From positions 128,001-192,000 of the forward strand of contig CAVPCT010000006.1 in NCBI GenBank assembly GCA_963702475.1: a DNA stretch of 64,000 bases, read 5' to 3'. This stretch comes from an uncultured Thermoleophilia bacterium. Lineage in GTDB: Bacteria; Actinomycetota; Thermoleophilia; UBA2241. The notes under the pieces are model-generated. The model had not been told where the DNA came from. It saw only the letters and a list, made by a program, of their open reading frames with translations, and ran no database searches. Shown piece after piece: positions 54,807 to 64,000 of the stretch; within the stretch, counting starts at the first letter, position 1; each line of letters starts with the position of its first letter. A program made the translations under genes and the position numbers.

Positions 54807-55772
54807 ATGGCGCGCAGCTCGTCCGCCGTCGATGTCGCTCTGCTCGCCTACGGCGGGCCGGAGCAGGCCGACCAGATCCTGCCGTTCCTGCGACGGCTGA
54901 TGGGCCGCGAGCCCGATGCGCGTACCGTCCAGGTCGTGCAGGAGCGGTACGCGCTCATCGGCGGCGCCTCGCCGCTGCCGGCGATCACGGCGCGTCAGGC
55001 GGCCGCCTTGCAGCAGCACCTCAGTGGGGAGTTGCCGTTCTCCGTGCGCGTCCGCCACGGCTTCCTCTACACCGAGCCCACCATCGCCGACTGCCTTGAC
55101 CAGCTCATCGGCCACGAGATCGTCGCCGTCCCCATGAGCCCGTTCGCCTCGCGGCTCACCAGCGGCAGGTACCGCGCCGCGATCGACGCGGCCGAGCAGC
55201 AGTCCGGCCGCGGCCGCGCCATCCCGCTGCTCGAGGGCTGGTATGCCGACACCGACTTCGTCCAGGCCATCTCCCGCAACGCCGCCCGGGAGCTCGACTG
55301 CTGCGACAACAGCGAGTGGGTGGTCCTGTTCACGGCGCACAACGTGCCGGCCGAGACGATCTGGGAGGGCGACCCGTACGCGGAGCAACTGCAGCAGACC
55401 ATCGCGCAGCTTATCCCCGCGCTGGTGCCGGGCGACTGGAAGTTCGGGTTTCAGAGCACCGGGCGCGGCGGCGGTGAGTGGATGGAACCGGAGGTCGCCG
55501 ACGTAGTCCGCGAGATCGCCGGAGAGGGCTGGAAGAAAGTCCTCGTGGTGCCGGTCGGCTTCGTGAGCGACAACGTGGAGACGCTGTACGACCTCGACAT
55601 CCTGCTCAGGGGCGAGATCGAGGCGCTCGGCATGGAGTACCGCCGTTCCGACCCGCCCAACGACTCGCCGCAGTTCATCAAGGCGCTGGCCGACGTCGTC
55701 GTACAGCACTTGGCCAACAGGCCCGGGCCGCATCAGACGCGGTCGCCGCGCGGCCCGCACGGTCACCCGTGA
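54807..55772 (+). CDS. hemH: (Copro)porphyrin ferrochelatase
   Basis: LAYGGP, IGGASPL, FTAH, GDPY, FQS, GFVSDNVETLYDLD. Confidence 0.92.
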   Translation: MARSSSAVDVALLAYGGPEQADQILPFLRRLMGREPDARTVQVVQERYALIGGASPLPAITARQAAALQQHLSGELPFSVRVRHGFLYTEPTIADCLDQLIGHEIVAVPMSPFASRLTSGRYRAAIDAAEQQSGRGRAIPLLEGWYADTDFVQAISRNAARELDCCDNSEWVVLFTAHNVPAETIWEGDPYAEQLQQTIAQLIPALVPGDWKFGFQSTGRGGGEWMEPEVADVVREIAGEGWKKVLVVPVGFVSDNVETLYDLDILLRGEIEALGMEYRRSDPPNDSPQFIKALADVVVQHLANRPGPHQTRSPRGPHGHP

Positions 55773-57439
55773 ACGGCCGGGACGCGAGCCGGCCGCTCCG
55801 TGTCGCCGTGATCGGCGGCGGCATGGCGGGGCTGGGGGCGGCGCGGGCGCTCGAGGATGCGCGCGCCGCCGACCCGTCCATCGACTGGCAGCTCTACGAG
55901 ACCGACGACCGCTTCGGCGGCAAGGTCCACACGGTGCGCCGCGACGGCTTCGTGGTGGAGGGCGGCCCCGACTCGGCCATCATCGAGAAGCACTGGCCGA
56001 TCACGATGGCGCGCAGGCTCGGCATCGCCGACCGTTTCGCCGACTCCAACGAGGCTATCCGCAAGAGCTTCGTCTACGCGCGCGGCGGCCTGCACGAACT
56101 GCCCGAGGGCATCATCCTCATGGTGCCCACGCGCATCGTGCCGTTCGCCATGAGCGGCCTCATGACCTGGCCGGGCAAGCTGCGCATGGGCATGGACCTG
56201 CTGCTGCCGCGTGGCGGCGCCGCGCGGGCCGCGGTCGCCACCGCCGACCCGACGGCCGACGAGAGCCTGGGCAGCTTCGTGCGCCGCCGGCTGGGCCGCG
56301 AGGCGCTCCAGCGCATCGCCGAGCCCATCGTGGCCGGCATCCACGCCGGCGACCCGGAGCAGATGAGCGTGCGCGCCACGTTCCCGATGTTCCTCGACAT
56401 GGAGCGCGACCACCGCAGCCTGATCCTCGGCATGCTCAAGCGGCGCAAGGCGCGGCAGAAGGCGGCCGCGTCCGGCGCCGGCGGGGGATCTGGCGCCGGC
56501 GGCCGGGAGGTAGGCAGGCCGGGCGCTCCCGCCTCCGGCGGTATCGGCGCCCCGGGAGCCGGGGCATCCGGCGCCGCGGCGGCCCCCGGCCCCCGCTCGT
56601 ACTTCTATTCGTTCACGGGCGGGCTGCAGGATCTCAGCGACGCCATGGTCGCCTCTCTGCCGGCCGACCGTCTGCACAGCGGCGTCACCGTCACGAGCAT
56701 GGCGCCGAGCGGCGCCGGCTGCGGCACACCGGCGTCCGGCACCGGGTCCGGCGCGTGCGCCCTGCAGCTGTCCGACGGCCGCCGCGTGCTCGTCGACGCC
56801 GTCGTGCTCGCGACCCCCGCCTGGGCGTCCGGCGACCTGCTCCGCACCGTCGCTCCGCTCGCGGCCGCAGACCTCTCGTCCATCGAGTACGTCAGCACCG
56901 CCACGTGTTCGCTCGCGTTCCGTCGCGAGCGCGTCTCGCGCGACCTCACGGGCTTCGGCTTCGTCGTCCCGCGTGCTGAACGGCGCCCGGTCATGGCGAC
57001 CACGTTCAGCTCGAGCAAGTTCCCCGGCAGGGCGCCGGAGGGCCACGTGTTGCTGCGCAGCTTCCTTGGGCGCGCCGGCATCGAGGCGGCCGCGCAGCTC
57101 GACGACGACGAGATGGTCAAGGTGGTACGCGCCGAGCTGCGCGAGATCCTCGGCATCGGCGCGGAGCCCGAGCTCGCCGAGATCTTCCGCTGGCCGCGCG
57201 GCATGCCCCAGTACCGCGTCGGGCACGTGGACCTGGTGACGAGGATCGAAGACGGCGTCGCCAGGGTGCCCGGCATCGAGCTCGCCGGCGGCGCCTACCA
57301 CGGCATCGGCATCGGCGACTGCCTGCGCGAAGGTGCCGCCGCCGCCGAGCGTGCCCTGGAACACGTGCGCGGCCTGCCGGAGGACCCGGTACCGGGCCAG
57401 CCGCGAAACGTGCCGGCCGGCGACGGCGTGGCCTCGTAG
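55769..57439 (+). CDS. hemY: HemY-type copro/protoporphyrinogen oxidase
   Basis: VIGGGMAGL, FGGKV, EGGPDS, GFGFVVP, MPQY, GIGIGDC. Confidence 0.92.
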   Translation: MNGRDASRPLRVAVIGGGMAGLGAARALEDARAADPSIDWQLYETDDRFGGKVHTVRRDGFVVEGGPDSAIIEKHWPITMARRLGIADRFADSNEAIRKSFVYARGGLHELPEGIILMVPTRIVPFAMSGLMTWPGKLRMGMDLLLPRGGAARAAVATADPTADESLGSFVRRRLGREALQRIAEPIVAGIHAGDPEQMSVRATFPMFLDMERDHRSLILGMLKRRKARQKAAASGAGGGSGAGGREVGRPGAPASGGIGAPGAGASGAAAAPGPRSYFYSFTGGLQDLSDAMVASLPADRLHSGVTVTSMAPSGAGCGTPASGTGSGACALQLSDGRRVLVDAVVLATPAWASGDLLRTVAPLAAADLSSIEYVSTATCSLAFRRERVSRDLTGFGFVVPRAERRPVMATTFSSSKFPGRAPEGHVLLRSFLGRAGIEAAAQLDDDEMVKVVRAELREILGIGAEPELAEIFRWPRGMPQYRVGHVDLVTRIEDGVARVPGIELAGGAYHGIGIGDCLREGAAAAERALEHVRGLPEDPVPGQPRNVPAGDGVAS

Positions 57440-57564
57440 CGCTCCCTCCGGCGGTGTGAGCAGCGGCTCCAGGAGCGGGTCCGAGGGACCGGGACGCAGG
57501 GGGCGGGGCCGACGGCTCCCGCCCCCTGGATCGACGCCGGCCGTCACCGCCTGCCGCGCCGGCG

Positions 57565-58005
57565 TCAGTACTTCTTGGCCAGCTTCATGATCCAGCGGTG
57601 CGGCGCATGCATGCTGAACCCCGGCTTGTTGTACATCACGGCGCAGTGACCGGTGATGACCGTGAGGCCGTGCTTCTGCGCCTCCGCGAGCGCCTCCGGG
57701 GTGTCGGTCATCTGGTGCATCCAGACCTGCTTCACGCCGGCCTCGGCGGCCTTCGCGACCCACGTCGCCGTCTCTTCCTTGGGCAGCTCGAGCACCGCCG
57801 CCTCGACCGGGCCGGGCAGCGAGGCGAAGTCGGGGTAGCTCGTGTCGCCGTCCACGGGCTGCCCGCCCACGTCGATCGCGTAGACGGTCTTGCCACGCTC
57901 CTTGAGCGCTCCGTAGCTGATCTTGGGAAAGGCCTTCTTGCTCCCCTGGTGGCCGACGACGGCGTAGCTTGCCGCGTCCCAGAACTGTTCGCACTCAGAC
58001 GGCAC
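57565..58005 (-). CDS. CoA-binding domain protein (YccU-like)
   Basis: YAVVG, YPDFASLP, GVKQVWMHQ, GHCAVMY; start overlaps the upstream stop region. Confidence 0.8.
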   Translation of the reverse strand: MPSECEQFWDAASYAVVGHQGSKKAFPKISYGALKERGKTVYAIDVGGQPVDGDTSYPDFASLPGPVEAAVLELPKEETATWVAKAAEAGVKQVWMHQMTDTPEALAEAQKHGLTVITGHCAVMYNKPGFSMHAPHRWIMKLAKKY

Positions 58006-58970
58006 GGTCTCCCTCCTCGTTCTCCGCGTAGCACTGGCCGGGGGTGAGGACCGCCGGGTGGCGGCCGCCCGCCCGCAGCGCGGCACGCACTTCGTAGCAT
58101 AGGTGGCATTCGTCAGCGTAGTGTGAGCGCCGGGGGGTGTGGCCGGCGGCCTGGGCGAGAGCCCAGGGGCCTCCGGCCACGATCTCCCGCACGACGGGCC
58201 GCGTCGCCGGGTCGTAGGCCTCCAGGACTGCGCGCAGGCCGCCGGGATGCGGGGCGGCGAGCTCGGCCGGCGAAGCCGGCCCGTCGCCGCCGGCGAACAC
58301 GTTGCCGGCGCTGATGCCCTGGCAGATCTGCAGCTCGCCGTCGGGGCCGAGGTGCACGCGGCCGGGATCGGCGAAGTCCTCGTGCGGGCAGGTGACCAGC
58401 GTCTCGGGCGGCCGGGTCTCTCGCCCGGGGGCGAGCGCGACGGCCGCCCGGCCCCTGTACATCACGTCGCCGACATCCTCGCCGAGGCAGAGGCCGGGGA
58501 TGTCGAGGCACGCCGGCGCACCCACTTCGAGCACACCGCCGGGCAGCCCGAGGTCCTGCGCCGCCAGCGTGGCGTTGCGCAGGTGCTCCTCGTCGGCGTC
58601 CTCGACGAAGTACGCGTAGGACGAGAGTGAGAGGTCGCTGATGCCGAGCTCCGCGAAGGGCTCGAGCCAGACGCGGGCGTCCTCCCTCGTCGTCGCCCAG
58701 AAGCAGTTGCTGACTACGCCGAACTCCAGGCCGCGCTCGCGGGCACGCTTCGCCGCCGCGAGCACGATGGGGTACGCCAGCGTCGGCTCCCCGCCCTCGA
58801 AGTAGACGTCGGTGACGCCGCACTCCGCCGCCTGGTCGATGGCGCTCGTCGAGCTGCGCCAGCGTCATCGTCTGGTCTGCGTCCGGCGACCCCCACACGA
58901 AGCAGTGGTCGCACGCGTAGGTGCAGCGGTACGTGACCAGGAAGTGGATGCCGGTGAGGGTGACGCTCAT
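57995..58970 (-). pseudogene. Radical SAM protein with a one-base frameshift near 58845-58851
   Basis: CTYACDHC in one frame; AIDQAAECG...FEGGEP...CHLCY in the adjacent frame. Confidence 0.75.
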
Positions 58971-59296
58971 GGGGCCAGTCTACGCCGCGGGGGGCCTCCC
59001 GCGTAGTCGCCGCCGGTCGCCGCTGCGGCTGTCGAGCTGCTCGGGCTCGTAGGTCGAGGCCGCCGTGCCCCGGCGCTTCTTGCGTCCGACCGCGGTCGGC
59101 GTACGCGACCGGTCCCACGTACACATCGGTCGTGACCTCGACGCCGGCGGGCGGGCGCAGCTGCGCGGGCGCAAGCCCGCGTTCGCCGCGCAGTGCGTGG
59201 CGGTAGAGCCCACGCCGCCGAGGTGCGGAGGCGCGGACCATCGCCGTCGAGGAGCTGGTACGGCACGGCATAGCGCGCTGGAGCGGCGACCAGGCC

Positions 59297-60391
59297 GTGG
59301 CCGAGGCCTTCGCGCTGGCGGCGCGTCACCAAGCTACGGGGCCGCCGCTGGGTCCGGTGCTGCGCCTCCTGCGCGGGGCGCTCTCGCAAGCCGGCGGCAG
59401 CGCCTCGCCCGCCGCTCTCCGTGCGGCGGGCGCGCGCCACCTCGGCCTGCAGCGCTGCTGGGTGGGCCGAGACCTCGTCCCGGCCGCCGAGTCGGTGATC
59501 GCGAAGTTTGAGCAGATGGTGCTGGGCCAGCACGAGGCGTGCGCCGCGGTGGTGGACGACCTCATAGCCGGCGTGTACGGGCTGGCCACTCCGGGCAGGC
59601 CGCGTTCGTACGTGTTCGCCGGTCCGCCCGGCATCGGCAAGACCAGCCTGGCTTGCGCCCTGGCCACGGTGCTCGGCGGGCCCGACGCGCGTCCGGTGCG
59701 CTTCGACTGCTCCGAGCTGGTCTCGCCGGGCGACGCGCTGCGGCTGCTCTCCAGCGGCGAGCCGGACTCTCTCGTGGTCGGGCTCACGGAGCGGCCGGGC
59801 GCGGTCGTGCTGTTCGACGAGGTCGACCGCGCCCACCCGTTCGTGCGGGGGCTGCTCTACCAGCTGCTCGAGGGGCGTGTGACCTCGCGCGAGGGCACCC
59901 TCGTGTCGAGCGCCAACGCCACCGTGATCATGACCACCAACGCGGGGGACGGCGTCTGGATGCGTCCGGACATGGACGAGCAGCAGACTGAGCAGGCGCG
60001 GGCCGCTACGCTGCGCGCTTGCGCAGAGGTGCTCGGCGACGCCATCACCTCGCGGGTCGTCCGGCTCATCGTGTTCCCGCCGCTCGCCTGCGAGGCTGGG
60101 CGCTCCATCGTCGAGCTCGAGCTGGCGCGGGTGGCCGCGCTGCCTCACCTCAAGGAGCGCGGCGTCACGGTCACCGCCACGCCGCGTCTCGTCGAGGCGC
60201 TGGCAACCACCTGTCTGAGCAGTCGCAGCGGCGCCCGCGGCGTGCAGAAGGCCGTGTACGTGGCGGTCACTGTGCCGGTGGCGCGCCTCATCAACGAGCA
60301 GGACGTGCGACGCAGCCGCCTCGTCGTCGACGCGCTCACGAGCGCCGACGAGCTGGAGGGGGTGCGCATCGAGATCGAACGCTGGCACTGA
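59297..60391 (+). CDS. Divergent Clp/Hsp100-like AAA+ ATPase (second AAA domain); upstream part apparently degraded
   Basis: VLGQ, GPPGIGKT, FDCSE, VLFDEVDRAHP, IMTTN, GARG. Confidence 0.7.
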   Translation: MAEAFALAARHQATGPPLGPVLRLLRGALSQAGGSASPAALRAAGARHLGLQRCWVGRDLVPAAESVIAKFEQMVLGQHEACAAVVDDLIAGVYGLATPGRPRSYVFAGPPGIGKTSLACALATVLGGPDARPVRFDCSELVSPGDALRLLSSGEPDSLVVGLTERPGAVVLFDEVDRAHPFVRGLLYQLLEGRVTSREGTLVSSANATVIMTTNAGDGVWMRPDMDEQQTEQARAATLRACAEVLGDAITSRVVRLIVFPPLACEAGRSIVELELARVAALPHLKERGVTVTATPRLVEALATTCLSSRSGARGVQKAVYVAVTVPVARLINEQDVRRSRLVVDALTSADELEGVRIEIERWH

Positions 60392-60423
60392 GGCCGGTGC
60401 GGCAGGAAACCCCGCGCCGCCGC

Positions 60424-61188
60424 CTACAGCTTGGCCCGGAACGTCTTGACCTCGGGCGCGAACCAGTCGCCGGCACCGTTCTTGATGCCCGTGTACTCCT
60501 TGAAGTACGGCGAGCCGTTCACCATGGCGTGGCCGATCACATCGGCGTTCTTGATGCCGAAGCGGTCCTGCAAGTAGCGCACCAGCTTGAGGCCGGCCGA
60601 GACCTGCTTCGTGCGGTTCAGGATCTGGCGGTCCATCCAGTGGCCGTCCTTGCCGCTCGCGACCTCCTGCACGAACTCGATGCCGAACGAGGTCCAGTTG
60701 ATGCCGATGGCGTGGCGACCGCGGACGGTCAGGGGAAGGCACTGATAGATGGTGCCGTCCTTGTCCACGATGAAGTGCGCCGAGACGCCGGGTTTTTCGG
60801 GCTTGCCGGGGATCGACTCGTAGGCGGTGTTGTTCGCGAACGTCCACCACGCCGACTCCCACGCCGCGCCCGCGGTGTGGTGCAGCACGATGACCTTGTG
60901 CTTGGTGAGCTTCCAGGTGTCCTGGTGGTAGTGGCGCTTGTTGTAGGCGGCGGTCTGGGCCTTGCGCGTGTCCCCGAACGGGACCAGCTTGACGGTGATG
61001 TCGGGGCGAGGGGCGGCCGTAGGGGACGCCGAGGCGCGCGGGGCGGCCGCCGACGGCGCCGCCAGTGCGGCCGGCGCCCAGGCGAGCGCCGTCAGAAGGG
61101 CGAGGATGACGGCCGCGGCGAGGCTCGCGCGCAGCGCGAGCGCCTCCGCGGCCGTCCCTTGCGCTGCGGCACGGGTCCCAACGGTCAT
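60424..61188 (-). CDS. Secreted N-acetylmuramoyl-L-alanine amidase (Amidase_2)
   Basis: Signal peptide; IVLHHTA, SAHFIVDKDG, RHA, GIEF, VIGH. Confidence 0.88.
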   Translation of the reverse strand: MTVGTRAAAQGTAAEALALRASLAAAVILALLTALAWAPAALAAPSAAAPRASASPTAAPRPDITVKLVPFGDTRKAQTAAYNKRHYHQDTWKLTKHKVIVLHHTAGAAWESAWWTFANNTAYESIPGKPEKPGVSAHFIVDKDGTIYQCLPLTVRGRHAIGINWTSFGIEFVQEVASGKDGHWMDRQILNRTKQVSAGLKLVRYLQDRFGIKNADVIGHAMVNGSPYFKEYTGIKNGAGDWFAPEVKTFRAKL

Positions 61189-61257
61189 GCCTGCAGTGTA
61201 CTCCGCTGCCGGCCAGCTCGCCTCCGGGGGGCGGCCGGGAGAGCCACCCCTCGGATC

Positions 61258-61784
61258 TCACGCCGCCGGCAGCGGCAGCGCCCACCGTGCCGACGACGGG
61301 TCCGACACGCCCAGCGTCGCGAGGTCGTGTGCGTCCGTCGTCCAACCGTCGTAGGAGCGCACGTAGTAGACGAGACGGTCGTGGTCGCGGGCGACGTACC
61401 ACTGCGTGTGGTCGCCTGACGACGCGACCTGCCGCGGCAGGCTCACCAGGTCGAGCGCGTGGAAGGCCGCGTTCCCGGCGGCCTCCGGGCCGGCGGCGCC
61501 TCGGGCAGGTCGGTCTCGGGGAGCCAGAGGGTGCCGATCGAGAGGCCGGCGTCGTTGAGGCCGTCGCACACGCCCCAGTCGAAGCCGAAGGCGTCCATGG
61601 CGACGTAGCCGTGACCGTTGGTCCAGCTGAGCGCAGGCACGGCCGTGCCGGCCTCGGTTGCGGACCACATCTGGCCGGCGGGGACCACCTGGATCCGCGA
61701 GCCCAGCTCGTGGGCGAAGTCCATGGTGCGGGCCGAGACGTGCAGGCCGTCGACGAGCTTGACGAGGCGCAGATCGCTGCACAT
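61258..61784 (-). pseudogene. Internally deleted, frameshifted linear amide C-N hydrolase (choloylglycine hydrolase/penicillin V acylase family)
   Basis: GGAGG RBS; MCS start, ARTMDF and DGLNDAGL in one frame; C-terminal FHALD..P..DHTQW..RD..YYVRSY in another; central part absent. Confidence 0.8.
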
Positions 61785-61952
61785 GGCGGAGCCTCCGTGG
61801 TCGCGCGGATGGGGCCGGTCCCGGACCGTGTCGACCATCAGGGACGGGGACTTGACCGGCAGGCGACGGCGCGGACCCACCGGTTCTTGTATGCTGCCTC
61901 CGAGGACACCCGTGCTTCAGTGGCCGGGTGGGGCAACGCGAGGAGCAGGTCC

Positions 61953-63023
61953 GTGGCAGACCCCATCGCCAAGGTCGTCGACGTCAGCATCGTCACCGCC
62001 GAGGTGCGGGTCACGCTTGAGCGCCTGCGGGAGCTCGCGGACGAGGTCGCGGCGATGCTCTTCGACCCCGAAGCCGACGACGAGGCCGTCGATCGCGCCG
62101 GCAGCCTGCTGCTCGACATCGGACCCAGCGCGGTGGAGCCGCTCGTCAGGCGGCTGTGCTCCGACCCGCGGCGCGGCCGCGACGTGGCCGCCGCGGTGCT
62201 CTGCGAGATGGGCGAGCCGGCCGTCGAGGCGCTGCTCGGCTGTTTCACGCACGAGGACGCGGACGTGCGCGCCACCGCCGCGTTTCTGTTCACGGCGCTC
62301 CGTGACCCCGGCGGGCGCGCCGTGCGCCCGCTCATCGAGCTCCTCGACGATCCCGACGAGCTCGTGCGCCAGTCGGCCGCCTACGCGCTCGGGACGCAGG
62401 ACTCGCACAAGGCGGTGCCGCAGCTCATCGCGCTCGCCACGCGGCCGGTGCAGATGCCGCCGCACGACGCCGACGACGAGGCGTGGGCCGACGCCTATCC
62501 CTACGACACGTGCGCCGCAGTCGACGCGCTCGGCCAGCTCGGGGACCTGCGGGCGGTGCGTCCTCTGCTGTTCCTCATCGAATCGCAGGGCGCCGAAGGC
62601 CCCATCTACGAAGAAGCCGTGCGCGCCCTCGGCATCATCGGTGACCCGCGCGGCGCGCAGGCCGTCCGTCAGGCCTTCGAGGCCACCCGCACCGAAGCCG
62701 CGTTCGCCGACGTGCTCGCCGCCATGTTCGGCATCGCGTCTGTCGACGACCTCACCGACCTGGCGGAGAGCGAGGACCCCGTCACGCGCCGCTCCGTGTG
62801 TGAGGAGCTCATCCGGTTGGGGTCACCCCGCTCCGCGCCCACCGTGGCCGCTCTGCTCGTCGACCCCGACGATGAGGTCCGCATGGCAGCGCGCGAGGCG
62901 CTGGGCAGAACGGCCGCCGACGCCGTCGTCGAGGAGATCGTCGTCGGCCTCGAGGACCCGTCCGTGGACGTCCGCTCCATGGCCATCGACCTGCTGCCGG
63001 TGCTTCTCGCCTGGAGCGAGTAG
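61953..63023 (+). CDS. HEAT/PBS-lyase-like repeat protein
   Basis: AGGAG RBS; repeated AV.PL..LL.D.D..VR..AA.ALG units. Confidence 0.85.
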   Translation: MADPIAKVVDVSIVTAEVRVTLERLRELADEVAAMLFDPEADDEAVDRAGSLLLDIGPSAVEPLVRRLCSDPRRGRDVAAAVLCEMGEPAVEALLGCFTHEDADVRATAAFLFTALRDPGGRAVRPLIELLDDPDELVRQSAAYALGTQDSHKAVPQLIALATRPVQMPPHDADDEAWADAYPYDTCAAVDALGQLGDLRAVRPLLFLIESQGAEGPIYEEAVRALGIIGDPRGAQAVRQAFEATRTEAAFADVLAAMFGIASVDDLTDLAESEDPVTRRSVCEELIRLGSPRSAPTVAALLVDPDDEVRMAAREALGRTAADAVVEEIVVGLEDPSVDVRSMAIDLLPVLLAWSE

Positions 63024-63053
63024 GCCGCACGGCTCCGGCGCCCGCCGCCGATC

Positions 63054-64000
63054 TCAGGGCAGGTTCTCGATCGCTACCGGCTCAAGCGCGCCCGCCGGCG
63101 TGAAGCCGAACACCCGTCCGTAGAAGGACAGCTCGGCCTCCAGGCTGCGGGCGATGTTCTCCGCCCTGCGGAAGCCGTGCTGCTCGCCCTCGAAAGCGAT
63201 GTACGTGTACGGCAGTCCCTTGCGCGCGAGCGCTTCGACGATGATCTGCGCCTGCACCGGCGGCACGATGGCGTCCTCGAGTCCCTGGAACAGGATCACC
63301 GGGCACGAGATGCCGGCCACGTGATGGATGGGTGAGCGCTCGCGGAAGGTCTCGGCCTCCTTCGGGTACGGGCCGACGAGGCCCTCCAGGTACCGCGACT
63401 CGAACTTGTGCGTGCCGCCGGTCGCGAACGCCTCGAGGTCGGCGAGGCCGAAGTAGGAGGCGCCGGCGGCGAAGACCCTGTGGCGCGCGAGCGCGTTCAG
63501 GGTCGTGTAACCTCCGGCGCTCCCACCGCGTATGGCCAGGCGGCTGGAGTCGACGTCGCCGCGCGCCGCCAGGTACCTGGCGGCGTTGATGCAGTCCACG
63601 GTGTCGACGACGCCCCAGTTGCCGAGCAGCCGCCGGCGGTACGCGCGCCCGTAGCCGGTCGACCCTCCGTAGTCCACGTCGACGACGGCGATGCCGCGGG
63701 ACGTCCAGAACTGGATCGGCAGGGCGAGGGCAGAGGCGGTCGCCGAGGTGGGACCGCCGTGGCTGATCACGAGCAGGGGCGGCAGCTCGCCGGCCGGCGC
63801 GCGGAAGTCCTTGTTGGCGGGAGGGTAGAAGAGGGCGTGGGCCGTCAGCGGCCCGGCGGCGAGCTCCGCGGCGAGCGGGCCGCGGACCTCCTCCTCCTGA
63901 TACCCGGTGGGGAACTCGACCGGCTCGGGGACCGAGAGGTAGCCGGGATCCACAGCGAGCGACCTGCTGTCCCTGAGCTCGGTGAACGAGCCGTCGCGGG
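63054..64000 (-). CDS. S9 prolyl oligopeptidase-family peptidase, 5'-truncated by the window edge
   Basis: HGGP, GSTGYG, GGSAGG nucleophile, QGLED, EQHGFR; frame is open to the window end. Confidence 0.92.
   Translation of the reverse strand, partial: RDGSFTELRDSRSLAVDPGYLSVPEPVEFPTGYQEEEVRGPLAAELAAGPLTAHALFYPPANKDFRAPAGELPPLLVISHGGPTSATASALALPIQFWTSRGIAVVDVDYGGSTGYGRAYRRRLLGNWGVVDTVDCINAARYLAARGDVDSSRLAIRGGSAGGYTTLNALARHRVFAAGASYFGLADLEAFATGGTHKFESRYLEGLVGPYPKEAETFRERSPIHHVAGISCPVILFQGLEDAIVPPVQAQIIVEALARKGLPYTYIAFEGEQHGFRRAENIARSLEAELSFYGRVFGFTPAGALEPVAIENLP

Noticed and set aside
57995-58970. Radical SAM as AhbD/HemN completing the heme pathway
   Set aside because: It is on the opposite strand, is coupled to a CoA-binding gene, and lacks the full SPASM or HemN features.
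1-64000. CRISPR arrays, tRNA/rRNA, IS elements, prophage, retron or other defence systems
   Set aside because: No regularly spaced repeats and no transposase, integrase, reverse transcriptase or phage structural motifs seen; intergenic gaps are short.

Overview
GC-rich, gene-dense 64 kb window. Composition and gene content suggest an anaerobic Actinomycetota genome, possibly Thermoleophilia-like (inference). I found no rRNA, tRNA, CRISPR array or mobile element. Main blocks: (1) peptidase, LolA-like protein and ABC exporter; (2) a glycosyltransferase locus with a DUF2064/TIGR04282-type transferase fused to a radical SAM/SPASM enzyme; (3) a sulfur/sulfonate block with DoxX, a MoaD-like carrier, cysK, ackA-tpa-xsc-tauB-tauA, a divergent tauC and a second class III aminotransferase; (4) two sensor kinases plus a NarL-type regulator, divergent from hdrA-qmoC-like-hdrA-mvhDGA-protease-hypFCDEA, which has a Rex-like operator upstream; (5) a convergent second Hdr operon (hdrB, HdrL-type hdrA, mvhD, ferredoxin, hdrA-mvhD fusion, HdrD-like, hdrC) whose HdrB/HdrC resemble the methanogen HdrB1/C1 type; (6) hemE-hemH-hemY; (7) a terminal stretch with several disrupted genes. 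The best candidates for an undescribed system are the paired Hdr operons lying near a taurine desulfonation pathway, and the glycosyltransferase-radical SAM fusion. All family assignments come from recognising motifs by eye; no database searches were run.
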